A DNA stretch of 24,000 nt from Vulcanimicrobium alpinum (lineage in GTDB: Bacteria > Vulcanimicrobiota > Vulcanimicrobiia > Vulcanimicrobiales > Vulcanimicrobiaceae), in assembly GCF_027923555.1 (NCBI RefSeq), contig NZ_AP025523.1, positions 1,716,484 to 1,740,483 of the forward strand. The letters are read 5' to 3'. Below the pieces are notes generated by a model. The model had not been told where the DNA came from. It saw only the letters and a program-made list of their open reading frames with translations, and did not search any database. The stretch's first letter is position 1. Each line of letters opens with the position of its first letter. A program made the translations under genes and the position numbers. Of the stretch, positions 1-7,410 are shown in pieces.

Positions 1-220
1 ACAACTCCTCGACGACCATGCAGTGCGGCTGCGTCGCCAGCACGACCTCGCGCATCGCGTCGTGGAGCTGGACGAGCCGCGCTTCGAGCGGCGCCTTCGG
101 ATCGGGCTGCAGCACGCCGCCTTCGACAAGGCGCATCCCGCATGGCGGATCAACGTCGATCACGCCGTATCCTGTCGTGCGCAGGCCCGGATCGACGCCC
201 AGGATGCGGCGCGTCGTCAC
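1..220 (-). CDS. ruvC: Crossover junction endodeoxyribonuclease RuvC, N-terminal 73 codons only; the gene continues past the left edge of the window
   Basis: My own translation of the minus strand from GTG at 220 gives V/M-TTRRILGVDPGLRTTGYGVIDVDPPCGMRLVEGGVLQPDPKAPLEARLVQLHDAMREVVLATQPHCMVVEELF. The ILGxDPGxxxTGYGVI start and the later E-x-F match the RuvC N-terminus. The frame is open to position 1, so the ORF track does not list it. The GTG overlaps the kinase stop as GTGA. Confidence 0.75.
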   Translation of the reverse strand, partial: MTTRRILGVDPGLRTTGYGVIDVDPPCGMRLVEGGVLQPDPKAPLEARLVQLHDAMREVVLATQPHCMVVEEL

Positions 221-2313
221 GGCGCCCTCGGCGCGGCCTGCAGCACGGTGATGTTCACCGACTCGCCGGGCGTAAGCTGCATGCTCGCCTCAGGCTCGCT
301 GCGCACCACCTGCCCCGGCTGCACGTTCCCTTCGTCGGTGTAGGCGACGTTGCCGACCTTGTAACCGGCGGCCGTCAGCGTCCGCTTCGCGTCGTCGATC
401 GTCATCCCGCTGACGTCGGGGACGGAGCCGGGGACGCTGATGAAGAGCTGCACGGCGCTGCCCTTCTTCAGCTTGGCGCCGGCCGGCGGATCCTGCAGTG
501 CGACCTGCTGCGTCGCGTTGGCTCCGTCGACGTTGTAGCCGAGCTTGACCGTGAAGCCCGCGGCCTGCAGCGCCTGCTGCGCGGCGTCCGCGTCCTTCAT
601 GATGACGTTGGGGACGCTGGCCGTGCCGGGACCCGCGCTCACCACGACCGAGACGGTGCTGTTGCGCGTCACCGCCGTTTGCGGATCGGGGACCTGTGAG
701 GCGATGCGGTCGGCGGGGATCGCGTCGTTCTCGGTCGATTGGCTGACCGTCATCGTGAGCCCGGCGGATGCGAGGCGGCGCCGCGCTTGGTCGACGCTCA
801 AGTTGACGACGCTCGGCACGAGGATCGGCTTCGCGCCGAGCGAGACCGTCAGCGCGACGGTGCTGTTCTCGCGCACGCTCGCGCCGGCGCCGGGATTCAC
901 GTCGATGACCTGGCCGGGCGGCGCGTTTTCGCTGTAGACGGCGTTGGTCTTCTTCGCCCGCAGTTTCGCCGCCGCGAGCGCACGCCGTGCGTCGTCGATG
1001 CTGTAGCCTTTCACGTCCGGAATCTGCACCATCGGCAGGCCGCCGGAGACGACCAGCGTCACGACGGCGTCCTTCGCAAGCTTGGTTCCCGCCGCCGGAT
1101 CCTGGCGGATTACATGATCTTCGGTGACGTTTTCGCTCGGTTCGCTGGTCACGCTGGGACGCAGGCCCTGCGCCAAGAGATCCTGTTGCGCGACGGTCGC
1201 GCTCTTGCCGCGTTCGTCGGGGACGGCGATGTTGCGCGCCGGCGCGAACAGATCGGCGCGGACCAGCAAGAACCCGAGCGCGACGGCGAGCAGGAGCAGC
1301 AGCGGCATCACGATCCAGCGCGGATCGGGGCCGCTGCGTTCCCGCTGGTCGTCGACGGTCTCGACCGCGGCTCCGGCGGCGGCGCCCGGACGATCCGGTG
1401 CCGCAGAGCGGCGCGGGGGCGGCTTCACCGCGGTGAAGCGGCTCGTCGGGGCGTCGGCGAACGCATCGTTGCGCGGCGCGACCGCCGGCCGCTCCCGCGC
1501 CTCGCGTAGCGCGCTGGCGAGTTCCGTCGCCGACGCGAAACGGTCGGCCGGCGACTTGCGCAGCAGCCGGGCCACGATCGCGGCGACTGCCGGGCTCACG
1601 CCGGTCGCCGCCGGGTCGATCGGCGGCGGCGATTCGGCGACGTGCTTGAGCGCGACGGCGACCGGCGTCTCGCCGCTGAACGGCAGCGCGCCGGTCAACA
1701 TCTGATAGAGCACGACGCCGACCGAGTACAGATCGCTGCGCTCGTCGAGTTCGTGGTTCTGCGCCTGCTCGGGCGAGATGTACGCGACGCTCCCCATCAC
1801 CATCCCGGGCTGCGTGACGCTGGCGACGTTCTCCGAGACGACGCGCGCGATCCCGAAATCGCTGAGCTTGACGACGTCGTCCTTGGTGACCAGAATGTTC
1901 GCGGGCTTGACGTCGCGGTGCAGCAGTCCTTGGCGATGCGCGTAGGCGAGGCCGCTGGCGATCTGGATCGCGTAGTCGACCGCGACGCCTTCGGGCAGGA
2001 CGCGCTCTTCGCGCAGCAGCTCGCCCAGCGTCGAGCCGTCGACCAGCTCCATGACGATGTAGTAGGCACCATTTTCGTGCCCGAAATCGAACACGTTGAC
2101 GATATTCGGGTGCGAGAGCTTCGCCGCCGATTGCGCTTCGTTGGAGAAGCGCTTCACAAAATCGTCGTCGGAGGCGTACTGGTCGCGCAGCACCTTGATC
2201 GCGACCCGCCGGCGCAGCAGCGTATCGGTGCCGACGTAGACGATGGCCATCCCCCCGTTGCCGAGGAGGCCGTCGACGCGATACCGGTTGTTCAGCAGCT
2301 GTTGCTGTTGCAA
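217..2313 (-). CDS. pknB: Transmembrane Ser/Thr protein kinase with five extracellular PASTA repeats (PknB/PrkC type)
   Basis: 698-aa ORF with a TTG start. Hanks kinase motifs are present: GNGGMAIVY...AIKVL, HRDVKPANIL, DFGIA, SPEQ. A Pro/Ala-rich linker and one TM segment (WIVMPLLLLLAVALGFLLV) follow. Then come five repeats, each beginning VPD/IPD/VPS/VPN/VPD and ending in a V-S-G/L-G type strand, which is typical of PASTA. Confidence 0.92.
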   Translation of the reverse strand: MQQQQLLNNRYRVDGLLGNGGMAIVYVGTDTLLRRRVAIKVLRDQYASDDDFVKRFSNEAQSAAKLSHPNIVNVFDFGHENGAYYIVMELVDGSTLGELLREERVLPEGVAVDYAIQIASGLAYAHRQGLLHRDVKPANILVTKDDVVKLSDFGIARVVSENVASVTQPGMVMGSVAYISPEQAQNHELDERSDLYSVGVVLYQMLTGALPFSGETPVAVALKHVAESPPPIDPAATGVSPAVAAIVARLLRKSPADRFASATELASALREARERPAVAPRNDAFADAPTSRFTAVKPPPRRSAAPDRPGAAAGAAVETVDDQRERSGPDPRWIVMPLLLLLAVALGFLLVRADLFAPARNIAVPDERGKSATVAQQDLLAQGLRPSVTSEPSENVTEDHVIRQDPAAGTKLAKDAVVTLVVSGGLPMVQIPDVKGYSIDDARRALAAAKLRAKKTNAVYSENAPPGQVIDVNPGAGASVRENSTVALTVSLGAKPILVPSVVNLSVDQARRRLASAGLTMTVSQSTENDAIPADRIASQVPDPQTAVTRNSTVSVVVSAGPGTASVPNVIMKDADAAQQALQAAGFTVKLGYNVDGANATQQVALQDPPAGAKLKKGSAVQLFISVPGSVPDVSGMTIDDAKRTLTAAGYKVGNVAYTDEGNVQPGQVVRSEPEASMQLTPGESVNITVLQAAPRAP

Positions 2314-2341
2314 GGCTTAACGGCCCAACGCCATGACCACG

Positions 2342-3691
2342 CTAACTTCGCGAACGGGCGAGCGCGACCCGCAGAACCTCGCGTGCGATCGGCGCGGCAT
2401 AGGTTCCGCCGTACCCGACGTTCTCCACGACCACGGCGACCGCGACGCGCGGCGCACGTGCCGGCGCGAACGCGACGAACCACGCATGCGAGCGGCCGTG
2501 GGGGTTGGTCGCCGTCCCGGTCTTGCCGGCGACGGTGACGCCGGGGAGCCGCGCCGCGGTCCCGGTGCCGTGCGCCACGACCGCGATCATGAGCTCGCGC
2601 ACCTGGTGCGCGGTCTCGGCGGAGACCGGCTGAGCGAGAATCTCCGGGCGTGTCGCCAGCGCCGTCTCGCTCCCGGCGATCCGGCGGACCAGATAGGGCC
2701 GCGGGGTCGTGCCGTCGTTGGCGATCGTCGCGCCGATGAGCGCCATCCGCATCGGCGTTACCAGCAGCGACGCCTGCCCGAAGCCCAGCTGAGCGAGAAT
2801 CCCGTCATACACGTCCTTCTTCGCGGGGATCCGGTCGCGGGTCACCGGGAGGTCGAACTCCTCGCTTTGACCCAAGCCGAAACGCTGCGCGTACGCGAAC
2901 CAGCGATCGACGCCGATGCGCAGCGCGATCTGCGCGAAGTCGACGTTGGAACTCAGCGCGAACGCGCCGGTGAGATCCTGCGTCCCGGTCACCTCTTCTT
3001 CATCGTTGCGTACGGTGAAGTTGCCGATCCGCAAGCCGCCGTCGTCCTCGAACGTCGAGTCGCGCGTGATCACGCCCGAATCGAGTCCGACCGCCGCCGT
3101 GTAGATTTTGAAGGTCGAGCCCGGAGGATACAGCCCGCCCGTCGAGCGGTCGAGCAGCGGCGCCGCGCGGCTCGTGCTGAGCGCGCTCCAGCGCGCGTCG
3201 AGCGCGTTCGGATCGTACGCAGGGATCGACGCGAGCGCGAGGACCGCGCCGGTGCGCGGATCGAGGACGACCCCCGCCGCACGCGGATACTGCGCGAGAC
3301 GCGCGACGAGAGCCCGCTGGATCGTCAGATCGAGCGTCGTGACGACGTCGGCGCCGCGTGCGGCGCGCGCGCCCCCGCTGACGATCTGACGGAGCTGGGA
3401 GAGCGGGTCGACCGCATCCGCGTGCGCGGTGAGGACGGTGTCGTAGGCGTCCTCGAGCCCCGAGGTGCCGTAGCGCGACGATGCATAGCCGACCGCCTGC
3501 GCCGTCAGCGCCGCCTGCGGGTAGACCCGCCGCGCGCCGCGCGTGCGTGCGAGCGGCGCCCCATCGGAGGCGAGGATCGAGCCGCGACCGACCGCGATCG
3601 CGGCGTGTCGCGGGTTGAGCGGCCGGGCCGCAAGCGACGGGCCCTCGATCACCTGCAGCCACACCTGCCGCGCCGCGAGCAGCGCGAACAA
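2342..3691 (-). CDS. Class B penicillin-binding protein / peptidoglycan D,D-transpeptidase (PbpA/PBP2-like)
   Basis: 449-aa ORF with the transpeptidase motifs STFK (PPGSTFKIY), SSN (ALSSN) and KTG (AGKTGTA). It lies immediately upstream of the PASTA kinase, as in pbpA-pknB loci. The only canonical start (TTG at 3691) cuts into the expected membrane anchor; a CTG at 3736 would restore it (see findings). Confidence 0.85.
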   Translation of the reverse strand: MFALLAARQVWLQVIEGPSLAARPLNPRHAAIAVGRGSILASDGAPLARTRGARRVYPQAALTAQAVGYASSRYGTSGLEDAYDTVLTAHADAVDPLSQLRQIVSGGARAARGADVVTTLDLTIQRALVARLAQYPRAAGVVLDPRTGAVLALASIPAYDPNALDARWSALSTSRAAPLLDRSTGGLYPPGSTFKIYTAAVGLDSGVITRDSTFEDDGGLRIGNFTVRNDEEEVTGTQDLTGAFALSSNVDFAQIALRIGVDRWFAYAQRFGLGQSEEFDLPVTRDRIPAKKDVYDGILAQLGFGQASLLVTPMRMALIGATIANDGTTPRPYLVRRIAGSETALATRPEILAQPVSAETAHQVRELMIAVVAHGTGTAARLPGVTVAGKTGTATNPHGRSHAWFVAFAPARAPRVAVAVVVENVGYGGTYAAPIAREVLRVALARSRS

Positions 3692-3732
3692 TGCCGCGAA
3701 GAGCGCACCGAGGCGCGCGATCGCGCGGTCGG

Positions 3733-4521
3733 TCAGGCCGTCTCTCCCGCAGGAACTTCGCTGCCGCGCTCGCGCAGGAGCGTGTAGCCGCCGGCGGTGC
3801 GCACGGCGAGGTGCGCGTGTGCGGCGTCGGCGGCGATCGTCGTGTTGAGCAGGGTACGGGCGAGCGCGTCGTCGACGCCGTCGATGGCGAGGATCGCGTC
3901 GACCTTCACCTCCTCAAGCAGCGGTCCGGCGACGTACGCCGCATTGGGGAGCGTCTCGAACAGTCGCTCCTCGTACGGCGCGTCGCGCCACGGGCCCCGT
4001 TTCCCGAACACGGTCGCATGATAGTCCCACGCGCACAGGCGGCGTTCGTTCCACACGAAGTGATCGCGCACGCAGGTCCGGCGGCAGATCGCGCACTGCA
4101 CGAGCGATTCCGGTGCGTGCGTGAGCGCGTCGAGGATATCGTCGGGAAGATCGTCGACGTTGACGACGTTCTCGTCGGTGAGCGCTTCGGGGACGGCCGC
4201 TTCCCAGCCGATGCGCGCGAGCAGATCGAGTTCGCGCAACGATGAGACGAACGATCGCTCGTCGGCGGGATCGAACGTCTGATCCGTCCAGCCGGCGAGG
4301 TTGTCCGCGGCGATGCCGACGCGCTGCCAGTTCTCGCCCAAAACGACGCCGATCGGCGTCCAGGCGAGCGGGACGAGCCACGCCGTGACCTGGCGATTCT
4401 CCGGTACCAGGCTCGACGTGAATGCAAGCGTGCTCGCATTGCCGCCGAGGATGTAAGCGCGAGGATCGCTCGCCAGCTCGCCGTTCATCACTCGCGTCCG
4501 TACGTCGGACGCGCGGATCAT
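3733..4521 (-). CDS. Hypothetical protein with a C-x2-C-x3-C-x12-C cluster; function unknown
   Basis: The track ORF is 3733-4806, but its first ~95 codons are Arg-rich and lie antisense to the His-rich gene. I trimmed it to the ATG at 4521 (MIRASDVRTRVMNGELASD...); the ATG at 4488 is an alternative. The rest has coding-like composition and contains CAICRRTCVRDHFVWNERRLC. I recognise no family. Its stop overlaps the possible CTG start of the PBP. Confidence 0.5.
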   Translation of the reverse strand: MIRASDVRTRVMNGELASDPRAYILGGNASTLAFTSSLVPENRQVTAWLVPLAWTPIGVVLGENWQRVGIAADNLAGWTDQTFDPADERSFVSSLRELDLLARIGWEAAVPEALTDENVVNVDDLPDDILDALTHAPESLVQCAICRRTCVRDHFVWNERRLCAWDYHATVFGKRGPWRDAPYEERLFETLPNAAYVAGPLLEEVKVDAILAIDGVDDALARTLLNTTIAADAAHAHLAVRTAGGYTLLRERGSEVPAGETA

Positions 4522-4613
4522 CCCCCCCAGTGCAGGCAATCCGCGCCCTCGAACGATCGATGATCCGAAGCGGCGCGCCTGGGATTTCGAGAACGGTCGT
4601 CGAAGGCAAACGT

Positions 4614-4811
4614 ATGTCAGAGGAGCATCGGCATCCCCACGAACACGCGGACGGAGTCGTCCACGAGCACGGGCACTCGCACGGCGACCCGGATCATCAG
4701 CACGAACACGGCGCGCACGCGCATGAACATACCCATCCCGATGGCACGACCCACGAACACGAACACGGACACGAGCCGGAACATCAGCACGCGCACCCGC
4801 AGCCACATTAG
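4614..4811 (+). CDS. Small histidine-rich protein (65 aa, 23 His), putative metal (Ni) binding/storage protein
   Basis: The ATG at 4614 is preceded by GAAGG 8-13 nt upstream. The product is MSEEHRHPHEHADGVVHEHGHSHGDPDHQHEHGAHAHEHTHPDGTTHEHEHGHEPEHQHAHPQPH, almost entirely H-x-H / H-E-H dipeptide repeats with acidic residues. It has no signal peptide. The composition resembles Hpn-type and HypB/SlyD-tail His-rich metal binders. Confidence 0.6.
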   Translation: MSEEHRHPHEHADGVVHEHGHSHGDPDHQHEHGAHAHEHTHPDGTTHEHEHGHEPEHQHAHPQPH

Positions 4812-4841
4812 CTCGTGGGCCGCCTCAAGGGGTCCGGTGCG

Positions 4842-5144
4842 ATGGGGCCGACGCGGTCCACGCGCCTTCCGATCGCGCTCGACAAGTGGCTCGAATCGCG
4901 CCTGATGCTGCACCGCGATCGCAGCGTCAGCGACATCTTGCTGCAGCTGATTCACGGCGGCCTGCGTTTGCGCGAAGGATACATGGCGATTCATCGCCGG
5001 GCGCTCGAGGAGCTGATCGCCGGTGAACCCTGCGCCTATGATGCCTACCGCGCCTGTCTCCTCGACACTTTCGGCGTGGAGTACGTCACGCATCTGGATC
5101 GCTGGCTCGAAGCCGACGACGTGGTGAAAACGACTACGATATAG
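4842..5144 (+). CDS. Ribbon-helix-helix (CopG/Arc/MetJ-like) DNA-binding protein
   Basis: The ATG at 4842 has AAGGGG 9 nt upstream; the track's GTG at 4815 has no SD. The N-terminus PTRSTRLPIALDKWLESRLMLHRDRSVSDILLQLIHGGL fits a beta-strand/helix/helix RHH layout. It starts 31 nt after the His-rich gene on the same strand. Confidence 0.5.
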   Translation: MGPTRSTRLPIALDKWLESRLMLHRDRSVSDILLQLIHGGLRLREGYMAIHRRALEELIAGEPCAYDAYRACLLDTFGVEYVTHLDRWLEADDVVKTTTI

Positions 5145-5226
5145 ACAGTCTCCGGCGCCGGATCGACCGTTGGATCCGATGTGCTAGCGTCCTGTCGGCG
5201 CGCGCATTCGTCGGGGAGGTCGATCG

Positions 5227-7410
5227 TTGCCGCTGCTCACTGCGTTTTTCGCCGCCGTCATGGTCGCAGCGGCGGCAACGTCGCAAAGTCCGGGCGCGCC
5301 CCCGTCGCCGACCCTAAGTGCCTCCCCCTCGCCGGTCCCCAGCCCTAGCCCCTCCCCCGCAGCCTCGAACCTGCGAACGATCGGGACCGTGCAGGCGCGC
5401 GGCCGGATCGACAACCTCATCGGGGTCGCGTCGTCAGCCGCCGAGGGCTTCGTGGGTCATTCGGAACTCGAGGAACGTCCGATCCTGCGTCCTGGGGAGT
5501 TGCTCGAAACGGTGCCCGGCGTCGTGATCTCACAGCATTCCGGCGAGGGCAAGGCCAATCAATACTACTTGCGGGGCTTCAACCTCGATCACGGGACCGA
5601 CATCGCGATCACCATCGGCGGCGTCCCGGCCAACATGCGCACGCACGCGCACGGCCAGGGGTACTCCGACGTCAACTGGTTGATCCCCGAAACGGTGAAC
5701 TACGTGAACTTCCGCAAGGGGACGTACCACGCCGCCGACGGCGATTTTTCGACCGCCGGCGCGGTCGAGATGACATACTTCAACGTGTTGCCGCACGACT
5801 TGGTCAGCGTGAACGGCGGACCCTACGGTCAAGCGCGAATCCTGCTCGCACGCTCGCCGAGCGTCGGCCCGCAAACCCATCTTCTCTATGCTCTCGAATA
5901 TCAGCACGCCGACAATACGGCGCTCGAGCCGGACAACTACCGCAAATTCAACGGACTGGTGCGCTGGAGCCGTCAGGACGGGGACGCGCTCTGGGGGATC
6001 ACTGCGCAGGGATATCAGGCGAACTGGATGTCGTCAGATCAAATTCCTCTGCGCGCCGTGCAGAAAGGCCTGATCGATCGTTTCGGGCAAATCGATCCGA
6101 CGGACGGCGGTCGAACGCACCGTTACGTGCTCTCCGGCGACTATACGAGCGACGACGCTCGATCGACCACGCGCTTCGGTGCGTACGCGATGGACTACGG
6201 CCTGCACCTGTTCTCCGACTTCACCTATTTCTTGAACGATCCCGTGAATGGGGATCAGTTCAATCAAAACGATCAGCGGCTCGTGCTCGGCGCGAACCTG
6301 AGCCGCACCTGGAAAACGCCGGTCGCAGAGAACACGATCGGCTATCAGTTCCGCAACGACAATATCACCCCCGTCTCGCTGATGCTTTCGCGCGCGCAGC
6401 GCGTGATCGGGACCACCAGGATCGATCACGTCGTCGAGACCAGCAACGGCGTCTATCTTCAGACGGCGCAACATCTCTCCAAGCGCCTTCGCATGACGGC
6501 GGGCTTGCGAGCAGATGAATTCCGCTTCCGCGTCACGGACCTTCGCCCGCAGAATTCCGGCGACGTTTCCGCGTCGATTCTCAGCCCGAAGCTCGCGTTC
6601 GCCTACACGGCCGGCCGAACGATGGAATTGTACGCGGATTTCGGCACGGGTTTCCATAGCAACGACGCACGTGGGATCACCGAGCGCGTCGACCCGGGAA
6701 CCGGATCGATTACGGACCCGGGAAGCGGTCAAATCGTCGAGGGCGCGACGCCCCTGGTCCGCGCCCAAGGAGCGGAGATCGGCGCGCGTTTTGCGTTCGG
6801 TCAAAAGGTGCGTTCCACGTTTTCTCTTTGGAACTTGAACCTCGCCTCCGAACTCGTCTTTCAGGGTGATGCAGGGACCACGTCTCCGGGCCGCCCGAGC
6901 CACCGCTTCGGCGTCGAAGTTGCAAACTTTTGGGAACCTGCGCCCGGCATCACCTACGATTTCGATTACGCGTCGTCGGCGGCGAAGTTCACCAACTTCG
7001 ATCCGGTCGGCAGCCTGATCCCCGGATCGATCAAGGACGTTCTTACCATCGGCGCCACCGCAGAGGGCCGCCGGGCGTTCGGCAGCCTGCGCGTACGCTA
7101 CTTCGGCCCGCGTCCCCTGATCGAAGCCGGCACCGTGCACTCCAACCCCACCACGACCATCAACGTGCAGGCCGGGGTGAAGCCGACCGGTACGACGCGT
7201 TTCGGAATCGATGTCTTCAACCTACTCAACGCGAAGGCGAGCGACATCGACTACTATTACAACTCGTCCCTGCCGAGCGACCCGGCATACACCAAACCGG
7301 GCTATGCCGGGCCTTGTCCGATCGACCAATGCGGGGCCGGCGTCCCGGACGTGCATTTCCACCCGATCGAGCGGCGCCTGCTGCGGCTGACCTTCACGAA
7401 GACGTTCTAG
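5227..7410 (+). CDS. TonB-dependent outer-membrane receptor
   Basis: 727 aa. GGGGAGG lies 7 nt upstream of the TTG start. It has a signal peptide and a Pro/Ser-rich linker. The plug-domain motifs are present (ELLETVPGVVISQHSGEGKANQYYLRGFNLDHGTDIAITIGGVPANMRTHAHGQGYSDVNWLIPE...NFRKGTYHAADGDFSTAGAVEM). A long beta-barrel-like region of alternating residues follows, and the C-terminus LRLTFTKTF ends in an aromatic residue. Confidence 0.85.
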   Translation: MPLLTAFFAAVMVAAAATSQSPGAPPSPTLSASPSPVPSPSPSPAASNLRTIGTVQARGRIDNLIGVASSAAEGFVGHSELEERPILRPGELLETVPGVVISQHSGEGKANQYYLRGFNLDHGTDIAITIGGVPANMRTHAHGQGYSDVNWLIPETVNYVNFRKGTYHAADGDFSTAGAVEMTYFNVLPHDLVSVNGGPYGQARILLARSPSVGPQTHLLYALEYQHADNTALEPDNYRKFNGLVRWSRQDGDALWGITAQGYQANWMSSDQIPLRAVQKGLIDRFGQIDPTDGGRTHRYVLSGDYTSDDARSTTRFGAYAMDYGLHLFSDFTYFLNDPVNGDQFNQNDQRLVLGANLSRTWKTPVAENTIGYQFRNDNITPVSLMLSRAQRVIGTTRIDHVVETSNGVYLQTAQHLSKRLRMTAGLRADEFRFRVTDLRPQNSGDVSASILSPKLAFAYTAGRTMELYADFGTGFHSNDARGITERVDPGTGSITDPGSGQIVEGATPLVRAQGAEIGARFAFGQKVRSTFSLWNLNLASELVFQGDAGTTSPGRPSHRFGVEVANFWEPAPGITYDFDYASSAAKFTNFDPVGSLIPGSIKDVLTIGATAEGRRAFGSLRVRYFGPRPLIEAGTVHSNPTTTINVQAGVKPTGTTRFGIDVFNLLNAKASDIDYYYNSSLPSDPAYTKPGYAGPCPIDQCGAGVPDVHFHPIERRLLRLTFTKTF
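7407..7410. repeat. Target-site duplication CTAG, left copy, of the IS5-family insertion
   Basis: CTAG directly abuts the IS terminus at 7411. An identical CTAG abuts the other terminus at 8729-8732. The TAG of this copy is the stop codon of the TonB-dependent receptor. Confidence 0.75.

Noticed and set aside
2333-3787. Long plus-strand ORF (484 aa) antisense to the PBP gene. Similar long antisense ORFs occur at 7627-8598, 8729-9811, 8749-9771, 12875-14122, 12922-14100, 15421-16338, 21091-22275 and 21153-22451.
   Set aside because: Their products are Arg/Pro/Ala/Gly-rich low-complexity strings with no motifs. They exactly shadow genes that carry clear family signatures on the other strand. 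This is the expected stop-codon-poor antisense frame artefact in high-GC DNA.
4614-4811. Repetitive CAC/CAT-rich DNA in the His-rich ORF and in 19177-19320 read as a possible CRISPR or other non-coding repeat array.
   Set aside because: There is no repeat-spacer periodicity. The repetition is at the codon level (His-x-His) within open frames that have proper start signals.
4842-5144. The RHH protein read as NikR.
   Set aside because: It is only ~100 aa, and its C-terminal part lacks the His/Cys-rich ACT-like nickel-binding domain pattern expected for NikR. I kept it as a generic RHH regulator.
5151-5162. The 12-bp perfect palindrome TCCGGCGCCGGA just after the RHH gene read as a terminator.
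   Set aside because: It is too short to form a stable stem with a loop and has no T-tract. Such GC palindromes are common by chance at this base composition.
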